64,000 nucleotides of DNA from Collinsella sp. (GCA_014871665.1 WGSL01000002.1:144-64143), one strand, 5' to 3'; positions 19,923 to 29,705 are shown, numbered from the stretch's first letter. Notes: generated from the letters alone by a model not told the origin. Numbers and translations: made by a program.

Positions 19923-20480
19923 CTAGCTCAGCATTGCATCCATCATCTCGGAGTTGACGGAGTCGTCGGCAGACCACTCGCCATCGTCGTTGCAGGTGTA
20001 CTTGAAGATAACCGTGGTCTTCCTGGGCTCGGTGGCCTTGGTCACATCGACCATAACCTGACCGGCCATCTTGTACAGCTCGTCATCGGAAGGAACCGTG
20101 TCAAGCGCAGCAACCTTCTCCTGATACTGGGTGGAGAAGTCCTCGACGATCTTGTTCATAGATTTGCATGTAATAGAGACCTCGGCGGTCGCGACACCCT
20201 TGTCCTCGTCGACCGTCACGTCGCCGATCTTGTAGTCAAAGCCCTCAAGATAGGTCTTGGCGTACTCCTTGGGATCGATACCCAGCTGCTCGAACTCGTC
20301 GCCCGAAGCCTCCTCCAGACCAGAGAGGAAGTCGTCGCCACCGTTCTTGACCTCGTCAAACTGCGTCGTAAGATCCTCGGTGATGAGCTCCTCAACCGAA
20401 GGACCTCCACAGCCGGAAAGCACGACCACGCATGCAACCAAGACGGCCATGAGGGGCGCAAGCAGCAGCTTCTTTTTCAT
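19923..20480 (-). CDS. Lipoprotein, unknown function
   Basis: The ATG at 20480 follows GGGAGGAAC. The signal peptide and lipobox read MKKKLLLAPLMAVLVACVVVLSGC. Confidence 0.75.
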   Translation of the reverse strand: MKKKLLLAPLMAVLVACVVVLSGCGGPSVEELITEDLTTQFDEVKNGGDDFLSGLEEASGDEFEQLGIDPKEYAKTYLEGFDYKIGDVTVDEDKGVATAEVSITCKSMNKIVEDFSTQYQEKVAALDTVPSDDELYKMAGQVMVDVTKATEPRKTTVIFKYTCNDDGEWSADDSVNSEMMDAMLS

Positions 20481-20716
20481 GTTGTTCCTCCCAATGAGCG
20501 GCACCGCGCTTCCCGGACGCGGCACACGTTGTAATAAGTAAGCCCATACTATCCACTTATGAACACCCTCGGCAACGCGAAGGCGTGGTCGGTTCGTTTT
20601 AGCGTCCGAACGGTTTGCAAGCCCGCCCAACGTGCAATAAAACGCTTCCCCACGGTGCAATAAAAAAGGTGGCCGGAAAACTCGACCACCCTTGCACATC
20701 CTTTGGACGCCGCAGT

Positions 20717-21253
20717 TTACTTGCGGACGACCTTGACGATGGCGTCACCGGCGGCGACGGCGGACTCTGCCTCAACGGTGAGCTCGACATCGGCAAACTC
20801 GGCGGTGTTGGACACGGCCACGACGACGCAGTCCTTGTAACCGGCAGCGGCGATCTTGGCGCGGTCGATCTTGAGTATGGGCTGGCCAGCCTTCACGACG
20901 TCGTCAGCCTTGACGAAGCCCTCGAAGCCGTCACCGTTCATGTTGACGGTATCGACGCCAACGTGCACCAGAACCTCGATGCCGCTATCGGACTGCAGAC
21001 CCACGGCGTGACCCATGGTGACGGTCACCTTACCGTCGCAGGGAGCGTAGACCAGATCGTCCTCGGGCCACACGGCACAGCCCTTGCCCAGAACCTCGCC
21101 ACCAAAGACGGGATCGGGCACGTCGGCCATCTTGATGACCTTGCCCTTGACGGGCGAGCACAGCACGTCGGCGCCAGCAGAAGCAGAGATGGAGGCCGGA
21201 GCAGCGGCAGCCGCGGGCTCGGCCTTCTTCTTGAACATGTCAAACAGACCCAT
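20717..21253 (-). CDS. Stand-alone PTS EIIA component, glucose family
   Basis: The ATG at 21253 follows AAGAGGAGAA. The EIIA-Glc core is DPVFGGEVLGKGCAV...HAVGLQSDSGIEVLVHVGVDTV (two His). Confidence 0.88.
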   Translation of the reverse strand: MGLFDMFKKKAEPAAAAAPASISASAGADVLCSPVKGKVIKMADVPDPVFGGEVLGKGCAVWPEDDLVYAPCDGKVTVTMGHAVGLQSDSGIEVLVHVGVDTVNMNGDGFEGFVKADDVVKAGQPILKIDRAKIAAAGYKDCVVVAVSNTAEFADVELTVEAESAVAAGDAIVKVVRK

Positions 21254-21302
21254 ACGTTTTCTCCTCTTGATTAAGCGCAACGTTGTGCGCATGCCTACGG
21301 TA

Positions 21303-21331
21303 ATTATAGTGCCAAATGGTTCAAATGCTAA
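21303..21331 (-). promoter_or_regulatory. Candidate sigma70-type promoter of the EIIA gene
   Basis: On the minus strand TTAGCA-17 nt-TATAAT, about 45 nt upstream of the ATG. Confidence 0.4.
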
Positions 21332-21579
21332 GGTGGGGACTCGAATCGCGAGCCCTTCCCGGTAGTGCTCGTGGGACGAGCACCTCCTTTGCATCGCGGG
21401 TCGATAAGCCGAGTATCGTCTGCGCACGGGACGGGCAGAAGCGGGCGTACCAAACCCGATACTTCTTTTCGCTCTCGAGTCCTGCCGCCGCCCCGTCCCT
21501 GACACTTCCTGATACCGACCGAAACGTGCCAGAATAAGCCTGTCCCCTTTTAGCCGGTTTAGCGAATGCGGGAGTTCGC

Positions 21580-22434
21580 ATGGATATCAAACGCAAGATT
21601 ACCGAGGCGCGGGGCCTCACCCCCACCGAGCAACAACTCGGCATTGCAGCCCTTGCCATCGGCGAGGACATCCGCGGGCTTTCTATTAAGGAATTTGCCG
21701 CGCGCACCAACGTTTCTGTTGCGAGCGTGCACCGTTTTTGCAAAAAGCTCGGCCTCGAGGGATTCAAAGATCTCAAGGTCGAGCTCATCCGCCTGGCGAC
21801 CGAGGCAGGAAACCGCCGCGACGTGGACATCAACTTTCCCTTCGACGCTACGTCCACCCCTGCGCAGGTCATGGAGCGCATGGAGGGGCTCTACCAGACC
21901 ACGCTGGCCGAAACGCAGGAGCTGCTCGACCCCACGCAACTTGACCATGCCGCCAAGCTCATCGCGAACGCCCGACAGGTCGACATCTACACGGGCTCGC
22001 ACAACCTCTATCCAGCGGGAATGTTCCGCGACCGCCTGCTCTCGGCCGGCAAGAGCGCCACATGCTACGGCAACATCGAGGCACAGGTGCGCACGGCGCT
22101 TACCTCGGATTCAGACCGCGCGGCGATCGTTATCTCCTACAGCGGCCTTGCGCCCAACCTCAAGGAAATCTTGCCGATCCTCAGCAGCCGGAACGTCCCA
22201 GTCATCGTCATCGGCACGCCCTACTGCGCGCGCATTCACCCCGGCTTTGCCGCCTACCTTACGGTGAGCGATCACGAGAGCATGACGCATCGTATCACGC
22301 AGTTCGCAAGCCACATCGCCGTGCAATACGTACTCGATTCGCTCTACAGCAGCTACTTCGCCAAAGACTACGCCCACTGCTCCGAATTCCTGGAGCGCTC
22401 GTTCCCCCACACCCGCCTCCCGGGACTCAAGTAG
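21580..22434 (+). CDS. RpiR-family transcriptional regulator (HTH_6 + SIS)
   Basis: 284 aa, divergent from the EIIA gene. The stop codon TAG is the first 3 nt of repeat unit B1. Confidence 0.88.
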   Translation: MDIKRKITEARGLTPTEQQLGIAALAIGEDIRGLSIKEFAARTNVSVASVHRFCKKLGLEGFKDLKVELIRLATEAGNRRDVDINFPFDATSTPAQVMERMEGLYQTTLAETQELLDPTQLDHAAKLIANARQVDIYTGSHNLYPAGMFRDRLLSAGKSATCYGNIEAQVRTALTSDSDRAAIVISYSGLAPNLKEILPILSSRNVPVIVIGTPYCARIHPGFAAYLTVSDHESMTHRITQFASHIAVQYVLDSLYSSYFAKDYAHCSEFLERSFPHTRLPGLK

Positions 22435-22460
22435 TCATTTAAGAACATCCCCAATGACTA
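22432..22460 (+). repeat. B-type 29-nt palindromic unit, copy B1
   Basis: TAGTCATTTAAGAACATCCCCAATGACTA is followed by a 14-bp hairpin acggccgacctaat...attaggtcggccgt (22461-22502) and TTT. Confidence 0.85.
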
Positions 22461-22611
22461 ACGGCCGACCTAATAACAACTTCTCGTCATTAGGTCGGCC
22501 GTTTCAACTCTAATAACTATTTATTCCGGAAACTCGTTATTAGAATCTGACACAGGAGGCCAGGCTCACGTGTGGCACCATGGCGAAAAGCAGCTTGCCC
22601 CTGCGCTAACC

Positions 22612-22972
22612 GAATGAGCGTGGATTTTCGGACGTCTATCTAACGAGCGCGGATAATCTCCCACTTTGAGCCCGCACACAGGCCAAAAACGGGAGATTAT
22701 CCACGCTCATTCCTGAGTAGTCATTTATGAACGTCCCCAATGACTAGTCCGGCAACGCCGATGTTTCGGCAACGACAGCGAGCGAGCCGCATTCGGAGCA
22801 AGACGACGCCGCAGGTAGAGAACGGACAGCGAGCGGGTCGCATTTGAGACAAGGTGACGTGAAACGAAAGGGCGCTGACCTTCTGGTCGCGCCCTTGAAG
22901 TTGAACGTCAGATTGTCCAAATGCGGCCCGCACAGCGTCGACCGGTCCGCCGTTCGGCAGAACGGCGGAACC
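22612..22972 (+). repeat. Composite intergenic element copy 2 (D module 22612-22712, B2 unit 22718-22746, C module 22751-22972)
   Basis: It has the same module order and orientation as 19431-19915. The C module has an internal duplication of the GACAGCGA...AGCAAG segment, and its last hairpin abuts the pyrE stop. Confidence 0.8.
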
Positions 22973-23652
22973 TACTTGACTCCGTACTGCTCGTAGTAGG
23001 CGTCGATGGCGGTCTTGAGCTCGTCGTCGATGACAACTTTGCCGTCGATCTCGTGGTTGTAGAGGGTCTCGACGACCTCAGCCATGGAGACGATGCTCGC
23101 GACGGGGAAACCGTACTTGGCCTCGATCTCCTTCTGCGCGGTGGTCACACCGCCCTTGCCGACCTCCATGCGGTTGAGGGACACGATCAGGCCCTTGATC
23201 TCGACATCGGCAGCAGCCTTGACCTTGGGATAGGTCTCGTCGATGGACTTGCCGCTGGTGGTAACGTCCTCGACCATGACCACACGGTCGCCGTCCTTGG
23301 GCTCATAACCCAGCAGGTTGCCCTTATCGGCACCGTGGTCCTTGGCCTCCTTGCGGTCGCAGCAGTACTTGACCTCCTTGCCGTACAGCTCGTGGTAGGC
23401 AATTGCGGTCACGACGGCCAGCGGAATACCCTTGTAGGCCGGTCCAAACAGCACATCAAAGTCGTCGCCAAAGTTATCGTGGATGGCCTGGGCGTAATAC
23501 TCGCCCAGCTTCTTGAGCTGATAGCCCGTCACGTAAGCGCCGGCGTTCATAAAGAACGGGGACTGACGGCCGCTCTTGAGCGTAAAGCTGCCGAACTTAA
23601 GGACGTCGGACTCGACCATAAACTTGATGAACTCTTGCTTGTAAGCCTCCAT
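22972..23652 (-). CDS. pyrE: Orotate phosphoribosyltransferase
   Basis: 226 aa with the PRPP-binding motif VVMVEDVTTSGKS. Confidence 0.93.
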   Translation of the reverse strand: MEAYKQEFIKFMVESDVLKFGSFTLKSGRQSPFFMNAGAYVTGYQLKKLGEYYAQAIHDNFGDDFDVLFGPAYKGIPLAVVTAIAYHELYGKEVKYCCDRKEAKDHGADKGNLLGYEPKDGDRVVMVEDVTTSGKSIDETYPKVKAAADVEIKGLIVSLNRMEVGKGGVTTAQKEIEAKYGFPVASIVSMAEVVETLYNHEIDGKVVIDDELKTAIDAYYEQYGVK

Positions 23653-23966
23653 GCGGGCTCCTCTCGTAATCGCGTACGTGCCTTCCAGTTTAGCGCAGGC
23701 GAAGCGTCGATGCGGGCGCGCTTTGGGGCCACGGCATTCTGTAAAGGCTTTGTCAGGGGGAATGGTTTTCCGAACAATGGGGTTGACATGTCAAACCCCC
23801 TCATCAAGAATACGGGCGGATTAAAAAGGGGTACGAGATACCCAAAGCGCGCTGCGCTCAGCCTTTAGGAGGTGTGCCATGGAAGGCAGTCCTAGTCGAA
23901 AAACCTGCATGTCGCCCTCGGCACGCCGCGAGGACTCCGCACACGCATAAACGCCACCGGCAGATC

Positions 23967-24005
23967 GCCAAAACCACCGCAAAGGCGCGCTGCACCCTTT
24001 GTGGG
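23967..24005 (+). repeat. E-type hairpin repeat, copy 1 (in mgtA leader)
   Basis: gccaaaaccaccgcaaagg-cgcgctgcac-cctttgtggg. It is related to 37462-37508. Confidence 0.55.
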
Positions 24006-24089
24006 CTCAAGAGCTTGACGTGAGCGACATCTAGGTTTTTTGAAGCAAATACGACACGTACGCTAACTCCCCTCAACAAGGAGGACCCT

Positions 24090-26856
24090 ATGCTGATGCT
24101 CAAAACCGTCACGGTACTCGAAGCCATCTCCAAGCGCCGCCGCACGGCGCGCCCTGCCGCTCATACCGGCCTGTCCAAGAACACCATATTCGCCGCCACC
24201 CATAGTGCCGAGGACGCCCTCGTACTGCTTGACGCCACGGCAAACGGCCTCACCGTCGAGCAGGCAACTGAGCGCCTGAACGCCGTCGGCCCCAACACCA
24301 TCGAGGCAACGACCAAAACGCTCGCCCGCCGCATCGCCGACGCGTTCATCGATCCCTTCGCCGGCATCCTCGCCGCGCTCGCGCTGGTCTCGCTCTACAT
24401 CGACGTGCTCGCCGTACCCAAGCCGCAGCGCGACCCCTCCACGGTCATCGTCATCGGCATCATGCTGCTGGTATCGGGCGGCATGAAGTTTATCCAGGAA
24501 GCCCGTAGCGGCAATGCGGCAGAGGCCCTCAAGGACCTGGTCTCCAACACTTGCACCGCCCTGCGCGACGGCGAGCGCATCGAGATTCCCTTCGACGAGC
24601 TCGTCCCCGGCGATGTGATCCGCCTCTCTGCCGGCGATATGGTTCCAGCCGATGCCCGCATCATCACCGCGCGACCTGTTTGTGATCGAGTCCGCACTCA
24701 CCGGCGAGAGCGAGGCCGTCGAGAAGACCACCGCCGTCACCGTCGTCGAGGGCGCCGACGGCTCCGCACTGCCACTCTCTGCCTGCAAGAACATCGTCTT
24801 TACCGGCACCTCCGTGCAAAACGGCGCCGCCATGGCGCTTGTCGTTGCCACCGGCTCGGACACCTACCTGGGCGGCATCGCCAAGATGCTCAACGGGCGC
24901 GACGAAAAAAGCGCGTTTGACCGCGGCGTCTCGAGCGTCTCCATGCTGCTGGTACGCCTGATGCTCGTTATGGCGCCGGCCGTCTTTGCCATCAACGCCG
25001 CCACCAAGGGCAACGTCATCGACGCGCTGCTGTTCGCCACGAGCGTGGCCGTGGGCATCACGCCGCAGATGCTTCCCGTCATCGTGACCACGAGCCTGTC
25101 GCAGGGCGCCAAGGACCTCGCCCGTCGCCAGGTTATCGTCAAGGAGCTGCCGGCGATTCAAAACCTCGGAGCGATGGACGTCCTGTGCTGCGACAAGACC
25201 GGCACCCTCACCGAAGACCGCATCGTGCTCGAGCGCTACCTCAACACCGATGGCAGCGAGGACGCGCGCGTGCTGCGCCATGCGTTTTTGAACGGCTTCT
25301 TCCAGACCGGCCTCAAAAATCTTATCGACCTGGCCGTAATCGACCGTGCCGATGTGACACCCTCGACCGTCGCACCCGATTCCATGCTGGGCCAGAGCCT
25401 GCGCGACCGCTACACCAAGGTCGACGAGGTTCCCTTCGATTTCTCGCGCCGTCGCCTGAGCGTAGTTGTCGCCGACGCCCAAGGCAAAACCCAGATGGTT
25501 ACCAAGGGCGCTGCCGAGGAAATGCTCGAGATCTGCTCCTTTGTCGAGATCGATGGCATCGCTCAGCCGCTCACCGACGAGAAGCTCGCCCAGATTCGCA
25601 AGCAGATCGCCGGACTTAACGCCGAGGGCCTACGCGTAATTGCCGTGGCGCAGAAGACCAATCCGCGCTGCGTGGGCGAGTTTGGCATCGCCGACGAGTG
25701 CGACATGGTGCTGATGGGCTTTTTGGCCTTCCTCGATCCGCCCAAAGCAAGTGCCGCGGGCGCCGTCGCCACCCTCGAGGCCAAGGGCGTGGCGGTCAAG
25801 GTCCTAACCGGCGACAACGACCGCGTCGCCGCCACCGTCTGCGAGCAGATTGGTATCGATGCGAGCAACGTCTTGCTCGGCTCCGAGATCGATACGCTCG
25901 ATGACGCCGAACTTGCCGAGCGCGCCGAGAAAACCCACCTCTTCGCCAAGCTCTCGCCGCTGCAGAAGGCGCGCCTGGTACGTGTCATGCGCGAGATGCT
26001 CGACCACACCGTGGGCTTTATGGGCGACGGCATCAACGACGCCGCCGCCATGCGTGCGAGCGATTGCGGCATCTCGGTCGATTCGGCCGTCGATATTGCC
26101 AAGGAATCCGCCGATATCATCTTGCTTCAGAAGGACCTGGGCGTGCTCGAGCGCGGCATCATCGAAGGCCGCCGCACTTACGGCAACCTGCTCAAGTACC
26201 TCAAGACCACGGTGAGCTCCAACTTTGGCAACGTGCTGTCCGTGACCGTCGCGAGCCTGTTCTTGCCGTTTTTGCCCATGAGCGCCCTGCAGCTGGTACT
26301 GCTGTCGCTGGTCTACGAGATCGTGTGCATCGCACTGCCGTGGGACACCGTCGATGACGCCTGGACTGCCCGCCCGCGTGCCTGGGACGCCGCATCCATC
26401 AAGGGCTTTATGCTCGAGCTGGGCCCCGTGAGCTCGCTGTTTGACATCGTGACCTTCGCCGCGCTCTTCTTTGTCGTGTGCCCCGCCGCCGTGGACGCAA
26501 GCTGGTCCGAGCTTGCCGCCGCGGGCGACGTCGCGGGTATGGCGACCTTTGCTGCGCTCTTCCAGAGCGGCTGGTTTGTCGAGTCCATGTGGTCGCAGAC
26601 ACTCGTGGTCCACATGTTGCGCTCCCCGCATCTGCCGAGCCCGCGCGACCACGCCGCGCCCGCATTGTGCGTTCTTACCGTGCTGGGCCTGGCGCTCGTC
26701 ACCTGGCTGCCGGCAAGCCCCATCGCCGATGTGCTCGGCCTCATGCCGCTGCCCACGAGCTTTTTTGGGCTGCTCATTGGCATCGTTATCGCCTATATCG
26801 CGCTCACCCAGCTGGCAAAGTGCCGCTACATTGCCCGCCACGGCGAGCTGCTGTAG
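24090..26856 (+). pseudogene. mgtA: Mg2+-importing P-type ATPase MgtA, interrupted by a 1-nt frameshift near 24668-24672
   Basis: Frame A ends ...GDMVPADARIITAR and then turns into nonsense. Frame B continues DLFVIESALTGESEAVEK ... CCDKTGTLTEDRIVLE ... GDGINDA. Restoring one base in the gcgcg run gives the contiguous MgtA motif. Confidence 0.85.
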
Positions 26857-26954
26857 CAAGTAGACGGAAAACACCCTGCCAGCTGCCGTTGCCACTACCA
26901 CAGCTGCCAACGCCGCTGCCGCTGCCTCTGCCGCCGCCGCAGTCTATCCCCCCA

Positions 26955-27025
26955 GCAGTTGCGGTGAAATAGTTCCTGTTTAAAGCCCCGTGACTTTAAT
27001 TTAGGGACTATTCCACCGCAACTTA
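26955..27025 (-). repeat. A-type hairpin repeat, copy 2 (inverted relative to copy 1)
   Basis: Arms are at 26957-26977 and 27003-27023. The reverse complement matches the copy 1 arms, while the loop is unrelated. Confidence 0.8.
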
Positions 27026-27037
27026 TTGGGAGGTTAG

Positions 27038-28582
27038 CTAGTCCTTGGGTGTCCAGGACCAGAGGAAGTTGATAAGGGCCACACGCGAGGCGGTACCGGC
27101 CTTTTTGTTGATCGAGGAAATGTGGCGATAGAGCGTGGAGCGCGAAAGAAAGAGCGTTGTGGCGATGTCCTGAACGCTCTGGTCCGAAACGACCAAGACC
27201 TCAAGAATATCGCGCTCGCGCTCTGTAAGCCCAAAGGTGGCGACGAAGGCATCAAGGCGTTCATCGGACGTGAGCTCCGCTGCCTCCACGGGCTCGGGGT
27301 CGGAGCATGCGGGCGCAAGATCCCCACCAAGATCGTCGGTGGCAAGCGGCAGTCCGTCCCGCATCGCGGCATCATCGGCCCGTTGCCCCAACTGCCCCAG
27401 CAGCGTAATCGCAATGCCCACAAACATCACGAGCGCCGCACCGACCGCAGCCAGCACATTTTGACTCGAGATAATCGCCACTGCCGGCGCCGTCACGAAC
27501 ATCGAGCACACGTTGTTGACGACGCGACCCATGCACGGCCAAAAATATGACCAGCGCGCATAGAGCGAGACGGCGGCATATTTTGTGGTAAAGAACACCA
27601 CGAAAAAGCCCAAGCCCAGATAAAAGATGATCGTGGCAGCAAGCTCGTTGCCGCCATTGCCATCGACGATGAGCACAAAGAACGAAAGCGTGGACAGTAT
27701 GGCGGCACATGTCATGCCGATATTCATATACGAGCGGCCGTGCAGGTCAAATAGTGCGCCAGCGACCAACGAGCTCACGACAAGCAGCAGGCGCGGCCAA
27801 TCGCCCAAATCGACGGCTCCGACAGCATGCAGGGTCGTGAAGCCCGCGTTGAGAGCGGCGAATACGCTGGAAAGATACGCCGTCGCCACGGTCAGGCGAA
27901 CTACGGCGCGACGGAATGCCGCCTTTGCCTCGGGATCGTCATGCCACTTGGCGCCATATTCCAGAGCATCTACCGAAAGCCCGGCAGCACTGGGTTCAAA
28001 GTTGGGATCGGACTCGTCGCGCAGCTTGGCGCGTCGGGCACCGTGGAGCAACGCCACCTGCGCGATCGCACAGACGACCAGAACAGCCTGCTGAGGAATG
28101 CCGACAGGCACCACCATGTGGTTGAGAACCTGCACCAGAACGCCCATGGCGTAAGAAAGTGCGGCGGCGCGCGCCAAGCAGGGCGTTCGCGCAAAGCGCC
28201 TCGCAAAATTTGCATGAGCAGTCGATCCGCAGTAGCCCAGCGCGCAGCACGCCACCAAACCGCCGGTAATTACCACCTCAACCTGAACCGCCATAATCAA
28301 CAGCAGCAATGCCGCCACCAGCAAAACGCCCGTGACGTCACTCGTCGCGTCAATGGCATGGGGACGGCGATAGTACAGAATGGGACGCACAAAAAAGCCA
28401 ATCACGCTCGCGCCGATGACAAGGCTCTCATAAATAACGACCTCGTTCGGAGACACGAACTCGGCCATGCGCACATCAAAAAGATACTCGCACGCCAAAA
28501 ACGTGAAGAAGAACAGCACCAGGCATATAATCTCCCGAATGCCCCGACGCAAATATGAGGTTGTGTCTCCCATGCCCCTCAT
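27038..28582 (-). CDS. Membrane-anchored LuxR-family transcriptional regulator
   Basis: The N-terminal domain has about 10 TM helices. The C-terminal HTH is LTERERDILEVLVVSDQSVQDIATTLFLSRSTLYRHISSINKK. The start is uncertain (ATG 28582 or 28573, or TTG 28603). Confidence 0.8.
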   Translation of the reverse strand: MRGMGDTTSYLRRGIREIICLVLFFFTFLACEYLFDVRMAEFVSPNEVVIYESLVIGASVIGFFVRPILYYRRPHAIDATSDVTGVLLVAALLLLIMAVQVEVVITGGLVACCALGYCGSTAHANFARRFARTPCLARAAALSYAMGVLVQVLNHMVVPVGIPQQAVLVVCAIAQVALLHGARRAKLRDESDPNFEPSAAGLSVDALEYGAKWHDDPEAKAAFRRAVVRLTVATAYLSSVFAALNAGFTTLHAVGAVDLGDWPRLLLVVSSLVAGALFDLHGRSYMNIGMTCAAILSTLSFFVLIVDGNGGNELAATIIFYLGLGFFVVFFTTKYAAVSLYARWSYFWPCMGRVVNNVCSMFVTAPAVAIISSQNVLAAVGAALVMFVGIAITLLGQLGQRADDAAMRDGLPLATDDLGGDLAPACSDPEPVEAAELTSDERLDAFVATFGLTERERDILEVLVVSDQSVQDIATTLFLSRSTLYRHISSINKKAGTASRVALINFLWSWTPKD

Positions 28583-28744
28583 GGTTAACCCCCAGCCGCT
28601 CAATTGTCTGGAAATCTATTTTAATAAAGAACCAGTCTCAATATCGAAGCCAGGCTCGAAATGTTGCCAATTCGACCCCAGCCGTCCACATCACGCCGCG
28701 ATTTTGAGCCGCATGGACCAGAAGGGACGCGCGCGATCTCTAGC

Positions 28745-28815
28745 TCGGCCAGGAGTGTCCCCAACTACCACTCATTTAAGTACGTCCCCAATGAGTGGCC
28801 GAAGAGTGTCCCCGG
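28745..28815 (+). repeat. GGGGAC-word cluster including variant unit B3 (28769-28797)
   Basis: aggagtgtccccaactac-CACTCATTTAAGTACGTCCCCAATGAGTG-gccgaagagtgtccccgg. Confidence 0.7.
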
Positions 28816-28943
28816 CGTCCAATCAAAAAATGGGCCATGTGTCCCAGTTGTGGAGACTCGTTGAGCCGTCTGGGTATCGTGAAAGATCGCACACTCCCCC
28901 ATCATCAAAAGTGACACACGCTACCAGTTGATGGGAGGCAGCC

Positions 28944-29681
28944 ATGGGCTTCTTTGACAAGATGTTCGAGAAGAAAGAGTGCGCGATTTGCGGTACCGAG
29001 CTGGGACTTCTAGGTAAGACAAAAATCAATGAAGGCTACCTGTGCAAAGAGTGCGCCGGCAAGCTCTCCCCCTACTTTCACGGCTATCGCTCCAGCACCG
29101 CGGACGATATCCGTGAGCAACTCGCCTACCGCGAGGCCAACGCCGAGCGCCTGTCTTCGTTCAACCCCACGCGCACGCTTTCTGCCGGGCGCACCAATAT
29201 TATGCTCGATGAGGACGCGGGCCTGCTGATCATCACTTCGCAGAGCCGCTGGCGCGACGCCAATCCCGACATCATCGAGTTCTCGCAGGTACTCGGCTGC
29301 GATATGGATATCGACGAGCAGCGCACCGAGATCTATCGCGAGACCAAGGACGGCGAGCGCGAGAGCTACGACCCGCCGCGTTACGACCTGGATTACGACT
29401 TTAACCTGACCATTCACGTCAACACGCCGTACTTCACCGAGATCAACCTGCGCGTGAACGACTCCACCATCGATCAGCGCGGCTCCATCGAATATCGCGA
29501 GGCCAAGCGCCAGGCAACCGAAGTCCGCGATGCGCTGGTGCAGCTGCGCCAGGAGACGCGCGACAGCGTCGTGGCCGCCAAGGCCCCCAAGACCGCGGTG
29601 ACCTGCCCCTTCTGCGGAGCCACCACCATTCCCGATGCCAGTGGGCGCTGCGAATACTGCGGCGGCGCCATCGGCGCATAG
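28944..29681 (+). CDS. Zinc-ribbon protein (DUF4428-like N-terminus, C-terminal zinc ribbon)
   Basis: 245 aa with CAICG...CKEC near the N-terminus and CPFCG...CEYCG at the C-terminus. Confidence 0.6.
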   Translation: MGFFDKMFEKKECAICGTELGLLGKTKINEGYLCKECAGKLSPYFHGYRSSTADDIREQLAYREANAERLSSFNPTRTLSAGRTNIMLDEDAGLLIITSQSRWRDANPDIIEFSQVLGCDMDIDEQRTEIYRETKDGERESYDPPRYDLDYDFNLTIHVNTPYFTEINLRVNDSTIDQRGSIEYREAKRQATEVRDALVQLRQETRDSVVAAKAPKTAVTCPFCGATTIPDASGRCEYCGGAIGA

Positions 29682-29705
29682 CCTCCGGCAGCGAAAGGAC
29701 CGATC

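Noticed and set aside
21332-21579. Possible structured RNA or tRNA-like 3' end (gcgattcgagtccccacc) between the EIIA and rpiR genes
   Set aside because: I could not build a cloverleaf or match any riboswitch I know. The region lies upstream of the predicted EIIA promoter. I only retain the note that GGGAC words are frequent here.
22575-22619. Mini-ORFs (9-14 codons) after an AGGAGG in the rpiR-pyrE spacer
   Set aside because: They are too short, have no conservation evidence, and are embedded in repeat DNA.
23812-24089. M-box riboswitch in the mgtA leader
   Set aside because: There are only vague resemblances (UUAGGAGGUGUGCC, CGAAAAAC). None of the strongly conserved 3' blocks is present. 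It is kept only as a long-leader observation.
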